DNA from: Azolla caroliniana
Lineage: Eukaryota > Plantae > Polypodiophyta
NCBI GenBank assembly: GCA_043228905.1
Contig: JBHGNT010000013.1
Location: 2,728,001 to 2,792,000 of the forward strand
Length of the DNA: 64,000 nt
Direction: 5' to 3'
The notes under the pieces were generated by a model. It had not been told where the DNA came from. It ran no database searches and saw only the letters and a list, made by a program, of their open reading frames with translations. The stretch's first letter is position 1. Every line of letters starts with the position of its first letter. Shown in pieces: positions 23,981 through 38,200 of this stretch. A program made the position numbers and the translations under genes.

Positions 23981-26229
23981 AAACAATTATTAGGATCATT
24001 TGACCATGGAACTAGTTGGTAATAGAAGGATGACAACTTTTTTGGATTCTATCACATATGATCCACTAGGTCAAATGTAAGTGTCGAATTATGTGCATAT
24101 AAACACACATACACACAATGATTCGCCCATATATTTGTGCACACACACGCGTACTCACAAAATATGGTACTTCTTCTCTCAATTTGTCTCTTGATTTAGA
24201 GAGCCTTTTCCAATTGTGATGGGTACACCATGCCCATATGCTGATCCAAGTGTCTTTCATAAGATTGCCACTGAATTCAACAAGGAAAAGAAATAAGAAC
24301 ATACATCGAGCTATGAGCTACATGTCGAAAGGAGTGTGCACAAGGGCAACTAACCACCCTTTATATATGTATGTATGTATGCCATGCTAAGGTAGACATT
24401 CAAATGGCAATGGCCAACTTGACGATGGTCTTAAGGCAGACATACTTTATAAACTCCATCGTGCGTATGGCCACAGGGGTTCTCAGGAATGGTAGAAGAA
24501 CAATATGAATTTTTTCTAACTACACACTTTCCACATAAACTTCAATTCTTCCCAAACTACCTTTGTACCCTCAATATTCAATCATCCATAAAAACGCATC
24601 CTCAATGTCATATTTGTCTTCTACTCATCACTTAACCACTTTTCTACATACGTTGGGAGGACCTTTCGTCTCTAGCTGACTAGATTCAAGCTCTCATTTG
24701 ATGTCAGCAAAGAAAGCTGATAATTGATGAGTGAGTGGATCGGGGAGCTGATTTGGAAAGAGCGGATCGGCCAAATGATTCAGAAACAACGAATTGGCCG
24801 TGTGATTGGGTAAAGCGGATCGGGCAGCTACTTCGGAAACGAGCCATCGAGTAGAGCCACCATAGATACATGCCATGATTCTGGGAATTCGGCATGATTA
24901 CTGGAAGATGATTTGATCGGAAAAACCAACTATTTTCATCGGCTACTCTTAATCCTTTCCATCATTCGATCGAAACAATCACCTGTTACTCGTGGTGCTT
25001 AACATTTTTATTACCAATTTTAAATTTTTTTTTTTCTTATCTTATTTTACAAAATAAATAAATAAATATTTATTTATTTATTACGCTTTTTCCATAGCTT
25101 CTCTCTTTGAGCTCCCCTTCTTCTTCATCCCCTTCTCTGCGAAAGCGCCTGTTCTGTGCTGTATTTTTTTTTTGAATCTTTTGCTAACTCCTTCGCGATT
25201 CTGCATCCGCCCTTTACTCAGGAAATGGATTCTCTACCCATTCATTAACTCTCCACTTTTTTTGTTTAGGGTTCCATCTCCGTGTTTAGGGTTCTCAGAT
25301 CTCCGTTACAGAACGACAAAGATCTACACGATTAGAGCAAACCGTATCTGGGGAAAACATTAAGAGACTCGCTGTAAATACCTAACTAAACATGTAAAGA
25401 AAAAAATAAACATAGATGCCTTTTCTGCCTTTGTCCTTTCCCCTGCCCTCAACTCTGCCCTAAAGAAACCTCTAAAATTTTCATCATGATTTGGCCAAAA
25501 TTCGTGGTTAAAGTAAGAAACGAAGACACGGGCCTCTGTTTTTAGGGTTACTTTTTGCAGTTCATAGCCAAACTAAACAACGACAAACACACAAAGTGGA
25601 GCTTTTTGTAGTACAAAGCTATCAGTTAGGGTTTTTGGACTAACTTTCTGTTGTTGTATGATTCATACACACGACCATAAGGACATGGTGGGCATGCTAA
25701 ATAAGCTCTTTAGCAAGAAGGTGGACACTTTGAAGTAAAGATTTTCACAAAGAAACATGCAAGTTAGGGCTTTCACATGAAGGTGGAGTGGTCTTTTAAC
25801 ATATCTTTCAACAGAAAAAAAGAGAGTGGATTCAACATTAAAAGTGAGGGGCATTTGCATTTGGTTTTGAGATAACATACTGGATATATACTGGATTCAA
25901 CATTAAAAGTGAAGGTGAATTGTTTGTGGATATATACTGGATTTGCTACATCATAGGGTCTTGGAAAGAAAAAAAATACGAAATCTCATTATTTTGATGA
26001 ATTTGTTGTGTGTGTGTGAGAGAGAGAGAGATGGATGATGATGCTGGAATCAAATGAAGAAAAGGACTTGGTGTAGCTCATCAGTCATAAACATAAAGGC
26101 ACCATCAAATGCATAGAAATAACCAAACAGGCTGTAATGCACAATCTGTGCTGGTTGTTTCCTCCATTGTAGGGGTAGACAGGTCGTCATTGATGAATTG
26201 GTTGATCTTGAGTAAGGTGTGAATTCACC

Positions 26230-29200
26230 ATGGGAGAGACTGGTGGTTTTAGGATTAGACTTCATAATGGTGATATTTGTATTGGTGATGTGACCATATA
26301 TCCACAAAAGAACCTTCTACCTTTTAAGGCTGGAGAAGACGTCAGGATTTCATCCTTCTCAACTGCAAGTGATCGATGTGCCCCATTGGTAGTTCTCCAT
26401 ACTATTGCAAACGAAGGTGTCTCGTTCAAGCTTGAACCTTTGGAAAATTACAATGGGTTGAACGAATTTGCAATGATACATTCAGCATGTCTGAAGGAAT
26501 TAAAGGTAAGATAATTTTCCTCCTATTGAGGGTGCTATATTCATTTCAGCTGAATACATAAGCTGATGTTGGCATTTAGTAGAAATTTACATAAATTGTT
26601 TGAGCACACAAAGGTTTGCAAATTCATGCTTTATTATCTAGCTTGCATGAAATTGAAAACTCATATATATTGTTTCTATAAAACTCTACTTATTTTATGA
26701 AGAGTGATTTAACTTGGAAACTACAAATGGATTGTAGCATACTGTCCATGGTGGATCCAGAAAATAGGGAAGTTAATATCAATATGGTATTTTGGAAAGA
26801 AGAGTCTATGTGCTTGGTATGTGGGATGTGATCTTACATCCATATCACCAAATCTGCGTGGAAAGCAAGCCTAAGATGCTCATAGTGGATAGAAAGATAC
26901 ATTTGGTGCTCAACACTCTTGGAAATCCAACTTACATTATTGAATTTAACTTACCCATGCTCTTTTTGTGAACCCCCAAGAGGGTTAAACGAAAATATTT
27001 CATATTTAAGTATATGCATTGGGCACTGCAGGCTTAGGAATGTACAGCTTGCAAATTGTATATTTACAAGTTCTTTTCCTGCATGTATCATGATGAACTT
27101 AATTCTTGATTTCCATTTCAGACAGCTATTATTTATGCAGTAGGAGGGATGGAGATTCATTTAGTGGCAGTGAATGCTAATAAAAAGCAGGCCCCCTGCT
27201 TCTGGGGTTTTGTAATACCGTCAGGATTGTACAAGTCTTGCCTCTCCATGCTGAATTTGAGGTGCTTGGCACTTGTTTTTGATCTAGACGAGACTCTGAT
27301 TGTTGCAAATACGATGCGTTCCTTTGAAGATCGCATAGATGCGCTTGGTTCTAAACTCAAAGGAGATTCAGAATCACAGAAAGCTTTGGCAATGTCTTCT
27401 GAACTTAAGAGATACATGCAAGATAGGACAATGCTCAAGCAATACATAGAAGAAGATCGTGTGTGGGATAATATTGGCGAGAAATTTGTGAATGCTCAAG
27501 TGGAAGTGGTGGCTTCATCAGTCGGGGGAGTTCTCCCTCTGAAACGCCCTGTGGTTAGACTAGATGATCGTAACATGATCTTCACACGCATCAACCCAAA
27601 TGTGAGCAAAACACACTACAATTGATCTAGTTTGACTTTTTTTCTCATATGATAAAAGTTATGGCATAGAATTTATTTGAATCCGTAAGATGTTGAAAGT
27701 GCTGGTTCATTTTGGCATGTAGTATAACATAATCTTATGTTATAGATCCGGGATACTAGTGTGTTGGTACGATTGCGCCCAGCTTGGGAAGAGCTCCGGA
27801 GCTATTTGACTGCCAAAGGACGCAAACGTTTTGAGGTCTTTGTGTGTACGATGGCTGAAAGAGAATATGCACTAGAGATGTGGAGGTTGCTTGATCCAGA
27901 TGCTGAACTAATAAATACAAAAGAGATGACTGATAGAGTGGTTTGTGTTAAGTCAGGTAATCTGGGAAGTTCACTTTTCATTTACTTTCATTTGTGTTCA
28001 TTCGTTGTAGTTTTCTTTCTAAATTCAATTGTTGTGCATGGTGTTTACCTAATCAGGCTTGAAGAAATCTTTAAATAATGTGTTCTCTGGTGGGAACTGC
28101 CACTCGAAAATGGCTATGGTGATTGATGATCGACTTAAAGTTTGGGAAGATCAAGATCAGCCCCAAGTTCATGTTGTACCAGCCTTTGCACCATATTATG
28201 CTCCACAAGCAGAGGTATGATTTAGTTGTTGATATAATAGCAATTTTTATGCTTGTACTTTTTGTATGAAGACATAGTGCGGATATTTTATGTTTCAGAC
28301 AAGTACTCCAGTTCCAATACTATGTGTTGCTAGAAATGTAGCTTGCAATGTACGCGCTGGATTCTTCAGGTGCGCAACCTGTCGATCTTCTGTCTTTAGG
28401 AGAAAATTACATTGGCATGTTTTACCTAAAATTTACATATTTCCATGACTATGTATTTCTTTACTTTTTAAGCTATTTTTACAAAGCCATACTAACTAAT
28501 ATGTGATGTAAGTTTTTTTAGATTCCTATTGTCAATAACTTGAGAACATAATTTTTTAAATTATAATTAACCGGAAATTTGGTCTAGGCTTTGTTTACAA
28601 TGAAAGAGTTTGTCCATCATATTTTGGAGAAGTGACACAAACTATGTCTCTCTTTTTTATCTCTCTCATTCATTATTTACTATGAAAGCATCCTAAAGGG
28701 CCGACACCACTGGTAAGCTACTTAGTCTACCAACACAAGGTCCTGGGTTCAAATCCTTACTTTTACACATATTTGGTACACCATATTTTCCTAAACTATG
28801 CCACATTGGTGTATCAAACGAATGACCTCATAGTGTCCTAAAAGTTGACACAGCCATCTCAACTATGGCCCATTTCTCTCTCTCTCTATCTGCATGAGAA
28901 TATCTAGTGACTGAGGCAGTTCTACTAATCTAATTCTATATATGTTGATTTGTTGCTCTAAAAAAATGCAACAATAGTTTATGGTGTAATCTCTCATTCA
29001 ATCTGACATCTCCATTTGGCCTCCTAAAAGACTTTATTATATCTTTATTTTTTCTTTCTTCCCTGTAACATAGATCATATTTCAGTCTCTGTGGACAAAT
29101 AAAGGCCGTTATCTGCCTGCACCATTGGTGCATCCCTTGCCTTGGAGATCTCCATCTTAGAGTGGTCCATGTTGTAGATTTTTCGAGGGCAGAAATTTCA

Positions 29201-32200
29201 ATCTATCTAAATTCAGAACCTTAATTGCCGTGATATCTGGATTTTTTGGTATCATTGTTTTAGCTATATTTATTTTGATTTGTTGTTCCCAATGATAAGA
29301 AAAACGTTTCAAGATGTAATCTCTTGTTTTATCTTATAGAGAATTTTGGCCTCTTAAATGACCTTGATATAGCTTTCTTTTCTTTCTTATTTCTTTCTTA
29401 GCCTCCCTCATTGGTCAATTATATACACTATGCAAATTTCTAAGCCTAGAAGATTTGATCTTTTTGCGCTATACATGCCAACCAATTCAATACAGATGTC
29501 AACCAATTTATGAATTCCATAGCTATCATATGCTGTGGATTCATTGTTTTTTTTCTCCTCTTTCTAGTTCTAGGTCTTGGTTGCTTTTGTGTGATTTGGA
29601 ATTATTTGTTCCCAGATTTATTAATTAGGATCCTCTACGAAAAATTTGCAGGGATCTTGATGAAGTTTTATCAAAGAAGATGGCTGATGTTGATTTTGAT
29701 GCAGAGGTTTTTACTTTGCCACCTCCACCAATTGTCAGTAGCTACATGATAGTAGAGGTGCAAATACTCTCGCTCTTTTCTGGTTGCTAGAGGTCTGTTT
29801 GTTTGAACTTAAGATGACTATGCATGAATAAGAAATGTGTAAACCCTATGCATGCATATTCTAGTGATATGTGTTCTATTGGCATAGGTGGATCCCCTCG
29901 TTTGTCTCAATATTTGCATCTTCGTATGATCAATTTGAAATTTTATGTGTTAAAGAACCAATTACCTAACTTATGTCTTACCAATGCGAGATTTCTGAAT
30001 TAACTCTAAAGAAATATGAGAAAGCACATCTGTTCTGTAATATACATTCATTGGAGGGAGAAAATACAGAGATCTCTTATATTTACATGAGGAGAAGTCC
30101 CTCTTTATAAAGGCCAAGATCTGGCCGTTGGGCTAACTAGCTGTTGGAACTAACTAGCCGTTGGGCTAGCCGTTACAACTTTTAAACATTCTCAACACTC
30201 CCCCTCAAGATGGGTGAAAAATATCCACTAAGCCCATCTTGTCACACAATCTAGTAAGACTTACTGGCCCAAGTCCCTTTGTAAGACAATCTGCTACTTG
30301 ATGTTCAGTAGAAACATGACTCAATTTTAATATTCCATTATCAAGCTTTTCTTTGATAAAGAACCTGTCGATTTCGATGTGTTTGGTCCTATCGTGCTGT
30401 ACCGGATTGTTGGCAATGCTGATTGCTGACTTATTGTCACACCACAACATCATCTGATTTTCTTGATTCACCTTTAGTTCTACTAGGAGAGTTCGCAGCC
30501 ATAACATCTCCGCAACTCCTATAGCAATAGCTCTATACTCTGCTTCAGCTGTTGACCTTGCTACTACTGACTGTTTCTTACTCTTCCAAGAGACTAGATT
30601 GCCTCCAACAAACATGCAGTATCCTGATGTGGATTTTCTGTCATCAGCACAACTGGCCCAATCAGAATCACAATAGCCCTCAATGTTAAAATGACCATGT
30701 TTTCTGAAGATTAATCCCTTCCCTGGGGCACCTTTGAGATATCTCAGAATATGGTACACTGCATCCATATGATCTTTCCTCGGATCATGCATGTAGCGAC
30801 TTACCACACTTACTGCAAATGAGATATCTGGACGGGTGTGGGTCAAATAAATCAGCCGACCTACCAATCTTTGATACCTTTCACGATCAACTTTCTCTCC
30901 CGTAAGTTCAGTTAGCTTGATCTTTTGGTCGATTGGAGAAGCTACAGGCCTACAACCCAACATTCCAGTTTCTTTGAGAAGATCAAGTACATATTTTCGC
31001 TGAGATAGAACAACTCCTTCTGCTCCACGAGCTACCTCAATTCCAAGAAAGTAGCGTAGCAATCCTAGATCCTTCACCTCAAACTCTTTACCCAATTGCA
31101 TCTTCAGTTGGGCAATTTCTCCTTCATCGTTACCTGTGATAATTATATCATCCACATACACAGCAAGCAATGTAGTATGGTCCTTGTGTTGTCGAAAGAA
31201 CACTGTATGGTCTGCATTCGTCTGTTGGTATCCCATACCCACCATAGCCCTTCTTAACCTGTCAAACCAGGCTCGAGGAGATTGCTTTAGTCCATAAAGC
31301 GACTTCCTAAGTTTGCAAACCTTACCTACTGTTTGAATTGTACCGAAACCTGGGGGAACATCCATGTACACTTCCTCCATCAACTCTCCATGAAGGAATG
31401 CATTTTTTACATCTAATTGATGTAATTTCCAATCCTTATTCACTGCTAAGGAAATAAGTGTTCTAACAGTGCTCATCTTCGCCACAGGTGCAAAAGTCTC
31501 ATCATAGTCAATGCCATATGTCTGACTATATCCTTTAGCCACCAATCGTGCCTTGTATCGATCTATTTTTCCCTCTGGGGTCTGTTTTATTGTAAACACC
31601 CATTTGCACCCAACCGCCTTCTTTCCCGGTGGTAGTGACACAATCTCCCAAGTTTTGTTCTTCTCAAGAGCTCCGAGTTCTTCTTGCATGGCTGCTTTCC
31701 ATTTTGGATCTTCTTTAGCAACCTGCCAACACTTGGGTAAAGTGACAGAGTCTAATGATGCAATGAATGCTCTATGTGTAGCTGATATGTTAGAATAAGA
31801 GATAAACTGAGCAATATCATGAGGAAAACCATAACGATCAGGAGGGACCCCTGCATTACTGCGAGAGGTCCTCCTAATCTCGATAGGAGAAGGAGAGGAA
31901 ATCATATCACCTGTGATTTCTAGGTTCGGGAGTTCTGTAGGTATTTCAGAAGTCGAGGCAGGTCGGGACATGGAACTTGATGGCACATGTGGTGTTGAAG
32001 ACGTGTTCACATTTCCGTCTTTCTGCCTCCTCTTCCTTGTATACACCTTTAGCTCCCCCTCAACTTGAGTCCCAACACATATAGGCTCCTCGTCTTCGTT
32101 TCCTTCTTCTTCCGTACCTCCTACGCTCACTTCTTTCTCAGCTGATGTAGGGATCAGCAAAGGAATTGATCCTATTTTTAGCAACCTCTCACAATTATCT

Positions 32201-35200
32201 CCTTCCCTCATATTTTCAGTCTGAATTAAGTCATCAAAGGGTGAAGTTACCCCTTGTTTATAATATGGCTCTGACTCTCTGAAATGCACATCCATGCTCA
32301 CAAATAATCTCTTCTCTACTGGACTCCAGCAAACATAGCCTTTTTGTGTGGCAGAGTATCCCACAAATACACATTTTACAGCTTTAGGATCAAGTTTTCC
32401 TACTGATGGTCTACTGTCCTTTACAAAACACACACATCCAAACACCTTCAAAGGAAGGATTCCAGAGTTATTGCCTTGCAACAACTCACATGGAGACTTC
32501 CACTCCAATACTCTAGAGGGCATTCTATTGATCAATGTGGCAGCCGTCAAAACTGCCTGTCCCCACAACTGCTTTGGGACATTCATAGAAATCATCATGC
32601 TTCTCGTTACCTCTAGAAGATGTCTATTCTTCCTCTCTGCTACTCCATTTTGTTCTGGTGTATATGGGCATGTAGTTTGATGTTGTATTCCTTGATCTGA
32701 GAGGTATGCCCTAAATGTCATGTTAGCATACTCTGTTCCATTATCAGACCTCAACACTTTTACTACTGCACCATATTGAGTTTGAACTGCTCTATGAAAA
32801 TCTTTAAAACAAGCAAATACTTCATTCTTTTTCCTCATCAAATATAACCAAGTCACACGAGAGAAGCAGTCAATGAAAGAGACAAAATATCGATATCCAT
32901 TAATAGAACTTGTGGGACATGGTCCCCAAACATCGGAGTGTATTACATCAAATGCATGGGAACTCCTATGACCCGAACTAGCATATGAACTTTTAGTAAG
33001 CTTACCAAATTCACATGCATCACAAACAAGTTTTGTTTTATCCGCCTTTTCAAAAAGGTGTGGATACACCCGACTCAAAATGCCATAAGAGGCATGTCCC
33101 ATGCGTTGGTGATGAAGTATTAACAAGTCCTCATAACTCATTCTAGATCCCCTTACATCTATTCCCTCTACCATAGATGCTAATGCTGAATCCAGCCCTT
33201 CACGATCCAAATACCATAGTCCACTATGCCATGTGCCAGTCCCAAGTCTCCGACCTGTCCCTTTCTCCTGGAATATCACCTTGGGAATATCAAAAGAAAC
33301 AACACATTTTAGTTGGTGTATGATAGAACTTATAGATAATAAGTTTACTGGGAAAGAAGGAGCATGCAACACATTAGACAATGTCACAGAGTCGGTACAT
33401 TTTACTGTACCTATACCCACTACAGGTTGTATAGTACCGTCAGCAATTTGAATGCTTTCTGGCATTGATAAGTGAGTATATGAGGAGAATTCACTAGCAT
33501 TACCCGTCACATGCCTAGATGCACCAGAATCAATTATCCATTCTGGTGTAGAGGCAAGAGTATTTGTGTTGCTAGTACTTGTGGCCGAATAAGCATAGGT
33601 GGCAGTGTTACCTCTTGACATGAATGAAGTATCATCTGCGGCTCTTTGCTTCCTCCTAAGTATTTCTAAGAGAGCTTGATCCTCTTCGGTGAACACCACC
33701 TTAGTTCCTTCCTCTTCTTTTGCTACCATCAAGTTTGCTTGGTAACCTCCTCGTGCACCTCTTCGGCCCCCTCGACCACGACCTCTAGTTTGTCCACGTC
33801 CTCCATATTCTCTCTCCTTAGATGGTTTAGGGCAAGCATTCTTGAAATGACCAGCTTCACCACAATTGTAGCATTTTCGATTTTCACTTCCGCTTGTATT
33901 GGACACCATTAGTGCCGATCGTACCCCTGGAAGTCCGGTAGTGTCAGAGAGCAGCTTCATTCTACTCTCCTCTTGTATCATAGTCGCGATTGCCTCATCA
34001 AGTGTAGGAATTTCTGCCTTAGCTAGAAGAACTGCCCTTCTTTGATCAAATGACGGGTTGAGATGTTTCAAAAATTGCATAGTTCTTCTTTGAGCAGAAA
34101 TTTCCTTGCTCTTACACTGAGGATCATTGCACACTGTCACAGGCGAGAAATGATCGTATTCTGCCCATAGACGCTCCAACTCTATGGCATATTCCTGGAC
34201 CATCCTATCTCCCTGGCAAACAGCATCAATCTCCTGCTCGATTTGAAATACTCTCATGTTGTTTCCCCTCCCTGCATACGTCTTTTGCAATTTCTCCCAT
34301 ATCTCCTTTACACTTAAAATTCCATCAACTGTTGTGGCGATTGATGGAATCATGGAGTTTAGGAGCCACGTGTACAATGACATGTGGGTAGCTCTCCATG
34401 CTTTCCATTCATTGCTCGTTTTGATAGGAGGCTCTTTCTCTTCTCCCGTAAGGTAGCCGTCACGGCTTCTTCCTGCCAAGGCACCTATAATCCGACGCGA
34501 CCAGCTCAAGTATGTGGCTGGTCCATCGAGTTTGAACTCAACTGGGAGGAGTTCAAGTCGGGGTGGTGGTTGCATTCCTGTCACACCTCCAGATGCTACT
34601 ATCTCAGCCTGTTTCATGTATTTCACCAATGTTTTCACCTCATCTTCATTCAATTTTGAGAACACATCATCCATCTTGTCAACTTGGCCTATCTCTGCTT
34701 TCCTCTTCTGACTTTTTTTTTTTTCCAAGTCACCTCTCAATCACATAGCAATGTCATCCCAAATGAAACAAAAATCCCCCTTTCCTCTCTTGAATGCTAG
34801 GACAGTGCTGTTCCAATCACTGTCATTTCAGCAGAAGGGTAGATCTAGGGTTCTACAGAGGACAGATCTAGGGTTTTGCAGAGGACAGATCTAGGGTTTT
34901 GCAGAGGGGCGGATCTATGCTCTGATACCATAAAGAAATATGAGAAAGCACATCTGTTCTGTAATATACATTCATTGGAGGGAGAAAATACAGAGATCTC
35001 TTATATTTACATGAGGAGAAGTCCCTCTTTATAAAGGCCAAGATCTGGCCGTTGGGCTAACTAGCTGTTGGAACTAACTAGCCGTTGGGCTAGCCGTTAC
35101 AACTTTTAAACATTCTCAACAAACTCAAATAAAATGATAGTTAGTATTTCATCAAGGGAATTCATTTAAGATTGATCAACTATCCCTAAAATTTGGTTGC

Positions 35201-38200
35201 AACCTTTGGGATACTCATTGGAGTGATGTTTGGAACATGTAAAACCCTTCGATTCGCAGAGAAGGCAACAATATGCCAGAGTTTTCTCCTTTTTAAATAA
35301 CATTTGTTCTGATGGAGCCACTACGCTCTTGCAAGCTTTCACTTTTCACTTTTCAGTTGTACTATGTAGATGCATTGATGGAATAATAGTTCATGTTACC
35401 ATCTTACAACCATGTTTCTTTGCACATAATTCCATAAGTTATATTGCCTACTTAGCTGCATGGTTGGTGTTCTTCAGCCACGATCAATATACACAGGTCA
35501 GGCTTTGTGCTTTATGTTTTCTGAGCTATGGTCAAACCACTTCAGCTCCACATTCTGGATTAAAGCTCTGTTTGGGGCAGTATTTATGTTTACTTCCACA
35601 TTTAATTGGATATTGAAAGTCACATCTACACCTTTCTCTTTGAATGTCTTCAGTCACATCCCTAGTCACAAGATATTGTGAGCACCTACCTATTCACTTC
35701 CTTGTATATCTTTTGTCAGTTTTCACCGCACAATGAGGTTTCCCACCATGATTGTAATATATTCCTGAAATTAATATATGCGTTTGTGAGTCTGAAATCT
35801 GCCATTTTGATACAAGTTTTAATTTATTCTTATTGTATATTAGCCTCATTTCACTCTCTTCTCAGGAAGAAACTGGGGGTGCTGCTGATGCTATTAATGA
35901 AAATAAAGAATTTCCAGATGGCATGACAGATGTTGAAGTTGGAAAAAGACTAGCAGAGGTTTGAATAAGTATTTCTTATGAACTAAACATTTCTATGTGT
36001 GGATTAATGATATCTAGAATGTGAAATATTTATAGTGAGAAAGGTATTGCCAGTCATTAAAAGAAAGAAAATTATATCAACATCTTCTGAAGGCCTAATT
36101 TCACTTTTGACAAAATCAAGTGTACACAACATAATATTTGCCCGAACATCAATAAAAGAAATATGCAATCTCAGGTTGCAGAATAAAAAGCAATGCTTAA
36201 GTTAAAGACAATTAAAGATTGATTATGATGAGACGATGCTGTGGCTCAACATTATTTTAAAGAAAATATTTGAAATATGTCAGGAAATTGGAAGTGGTTC
36301 AACAATGCTGTCAAGTATCCCAGTAGAAAGCGAAGGATGGAAACCAATGTTGCCACCACCACCTATGCATGTGGCCTCACCCCTGGCTCCACTTGGTGTA
36401 TTTCCTCCTCCCCTGCCAAGGCCTCAGTCATCTTTTGTTGACACACAACTGACTGACAAACACGATCCGTCCCGTGTTCCAAGCAGGCTGATGGCAGGGA
36501 TAAGATCTCTCTCACCATCAACATCTAATGTGTTCGAATCTTCACATCAAGGCTCACCTCTACGAGAAGAGGGTGAGGTACCAGAGTCTGAGCTGGATCC
36601 CGACACCCGGAGAAGACTATTGATTCTTCAGCATGGACAAGATACTCAATATACACATACCTTTCAAGAGGCATTGACAGTTCCGGTGACATCGCATTTG
36701 CGTGTAGTGGTTCCTGCCCCTGCCCCAGCTGGTGGTTGGTTGGGAGCTGAAGAAGAGATGAGCCCAGGAGAAGTGTCAAGGACTTCTTCGGGACTCATAT
36801 TGGAGCCTGAATCACCTTCTTTTGGAAAACAGCTGTCTCATAGTCCACCTTTGTATGGTGAGCGCATGGGTGCTGATGCACTTCCCCAGGTATACATTTA
36901 GTAGTTCATAAAGATTTGCATACATTTTTCAAGGATTTCCTTCCCATTAACAATAGATAATGATAAGTGCTTGTTCTTGAGCATTTACACAGGTGTATCC
37001 TCGAGATGAGAAACAAAGGCCTGATACCATGTTTAGGGAACATGTATATACAGGTTATATGCATTATTCAACACATAGGACATATATATTATCGTGTACA
37101 TGATCGTTTGTTTTCCATAGTTATGATGATGAGTTGGATTATTTGCAGAAAGTGATAGTTCTGTTTTGAATCAACGGGATCATCAGATGAGGCAAAATGC
37201 TGGAGGAAATATGCCCAATCCTGTTGCTGTCTTACAGGAGATTGCGCAGAAGTGTAATACAAAGGTAGATTGCCATCTTGTTTGTTTATGCTCTCTTGTA
37301 TAGGGAAGTGAATGCAAATTTCGTATTCTTTTTATATTATTAGTTAGGAGTCTTTCTTGGTTAAGATTTATGATTTGAGACCATTTTTGCTTCTGTTTTT
37401 ATAACAGTTGGAGTTTAGATCCTTGGTAAACACAACAAAAGAGCTGCAATTTTCTGTAGAGGTATTGTCAATATTTTATTTACTTGATTGAGTTTTTACT
37501 CCCATTCAGGAAATCACAATGATAACCTTCCATATGGTATCCTTTCAAACCTGTAGGTTCTTTTTGGTGGCGATAAGGTAGGGGAAGGTGTAGGATGGAC
37601 AAAGAAAGAGGCGCAACACAAGGCTGCAGACAACTCTCTAAGATTTATGGCTAGTAAGTGGTTTTCTTTTGTTCCACCCACTGTGAACAGATTGGTAACA
37701 TCTGAGATTTTAAACTCCATTTGTACTCTTTTGTCTGAAGGCAAGTTTATATCCCACTCTGGTCAAGCTATAAATGCACTTGGTCAAGGAAGACTTACAA
37801 GTTTCTATTCAAGTGATAAATCTGCACCCGATTGGAATTCAAGGGATCCTCGTTTTGGCACAGGCATAGGGCATCCAACATTCAATGAAGAGACACCCCC
37901 ACCTATTGCTAGTGTCTCGGGGCATGCAACATATCTGGACATGTGGCGGTTTCCAGAAGAAAACAGAGTGCAGAATCCTGTTGCAGCTTTGAAAGATTAT
38001 GTAAGAGCACTTTTATTGGTTTGCTTGTTTGGAACTAGTACAAATTTTTAGAAACAAAGCTTCCCTTTGTTGATGAATCTGCCTTTGTAACACATGCATT
38101 ATGAAAGCCAGTGTTATCATTTTGGTGCATAGGGAATAATGATTTGTTTTTTTGGTGATGGAAGCTTGTATCTCTAGAAGAAAACATTCTTTTGTTGATG

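Noticed and set aside
20250-24900. Short ORFs in the AT-rich intergenic region (e.g. 21395-21802)
   Set aside because: No recognisable motifs or splice-consistent structure; probably old TE debris.
25260-25640. Telo-box-like TTAGGGTT motifs upstream of CPL
   Set aside because: They are common in plant leaders and mostly imperfect, the TSS is unknown, and they are not telomeric arrays.
37121-37148. Alternative acceptor (CCATAG at 37120) for CPL exon 10
   Set aside because: It introduces an in-frame stop. The acceptor at 37148 keeps the frame into the first dsRBM.
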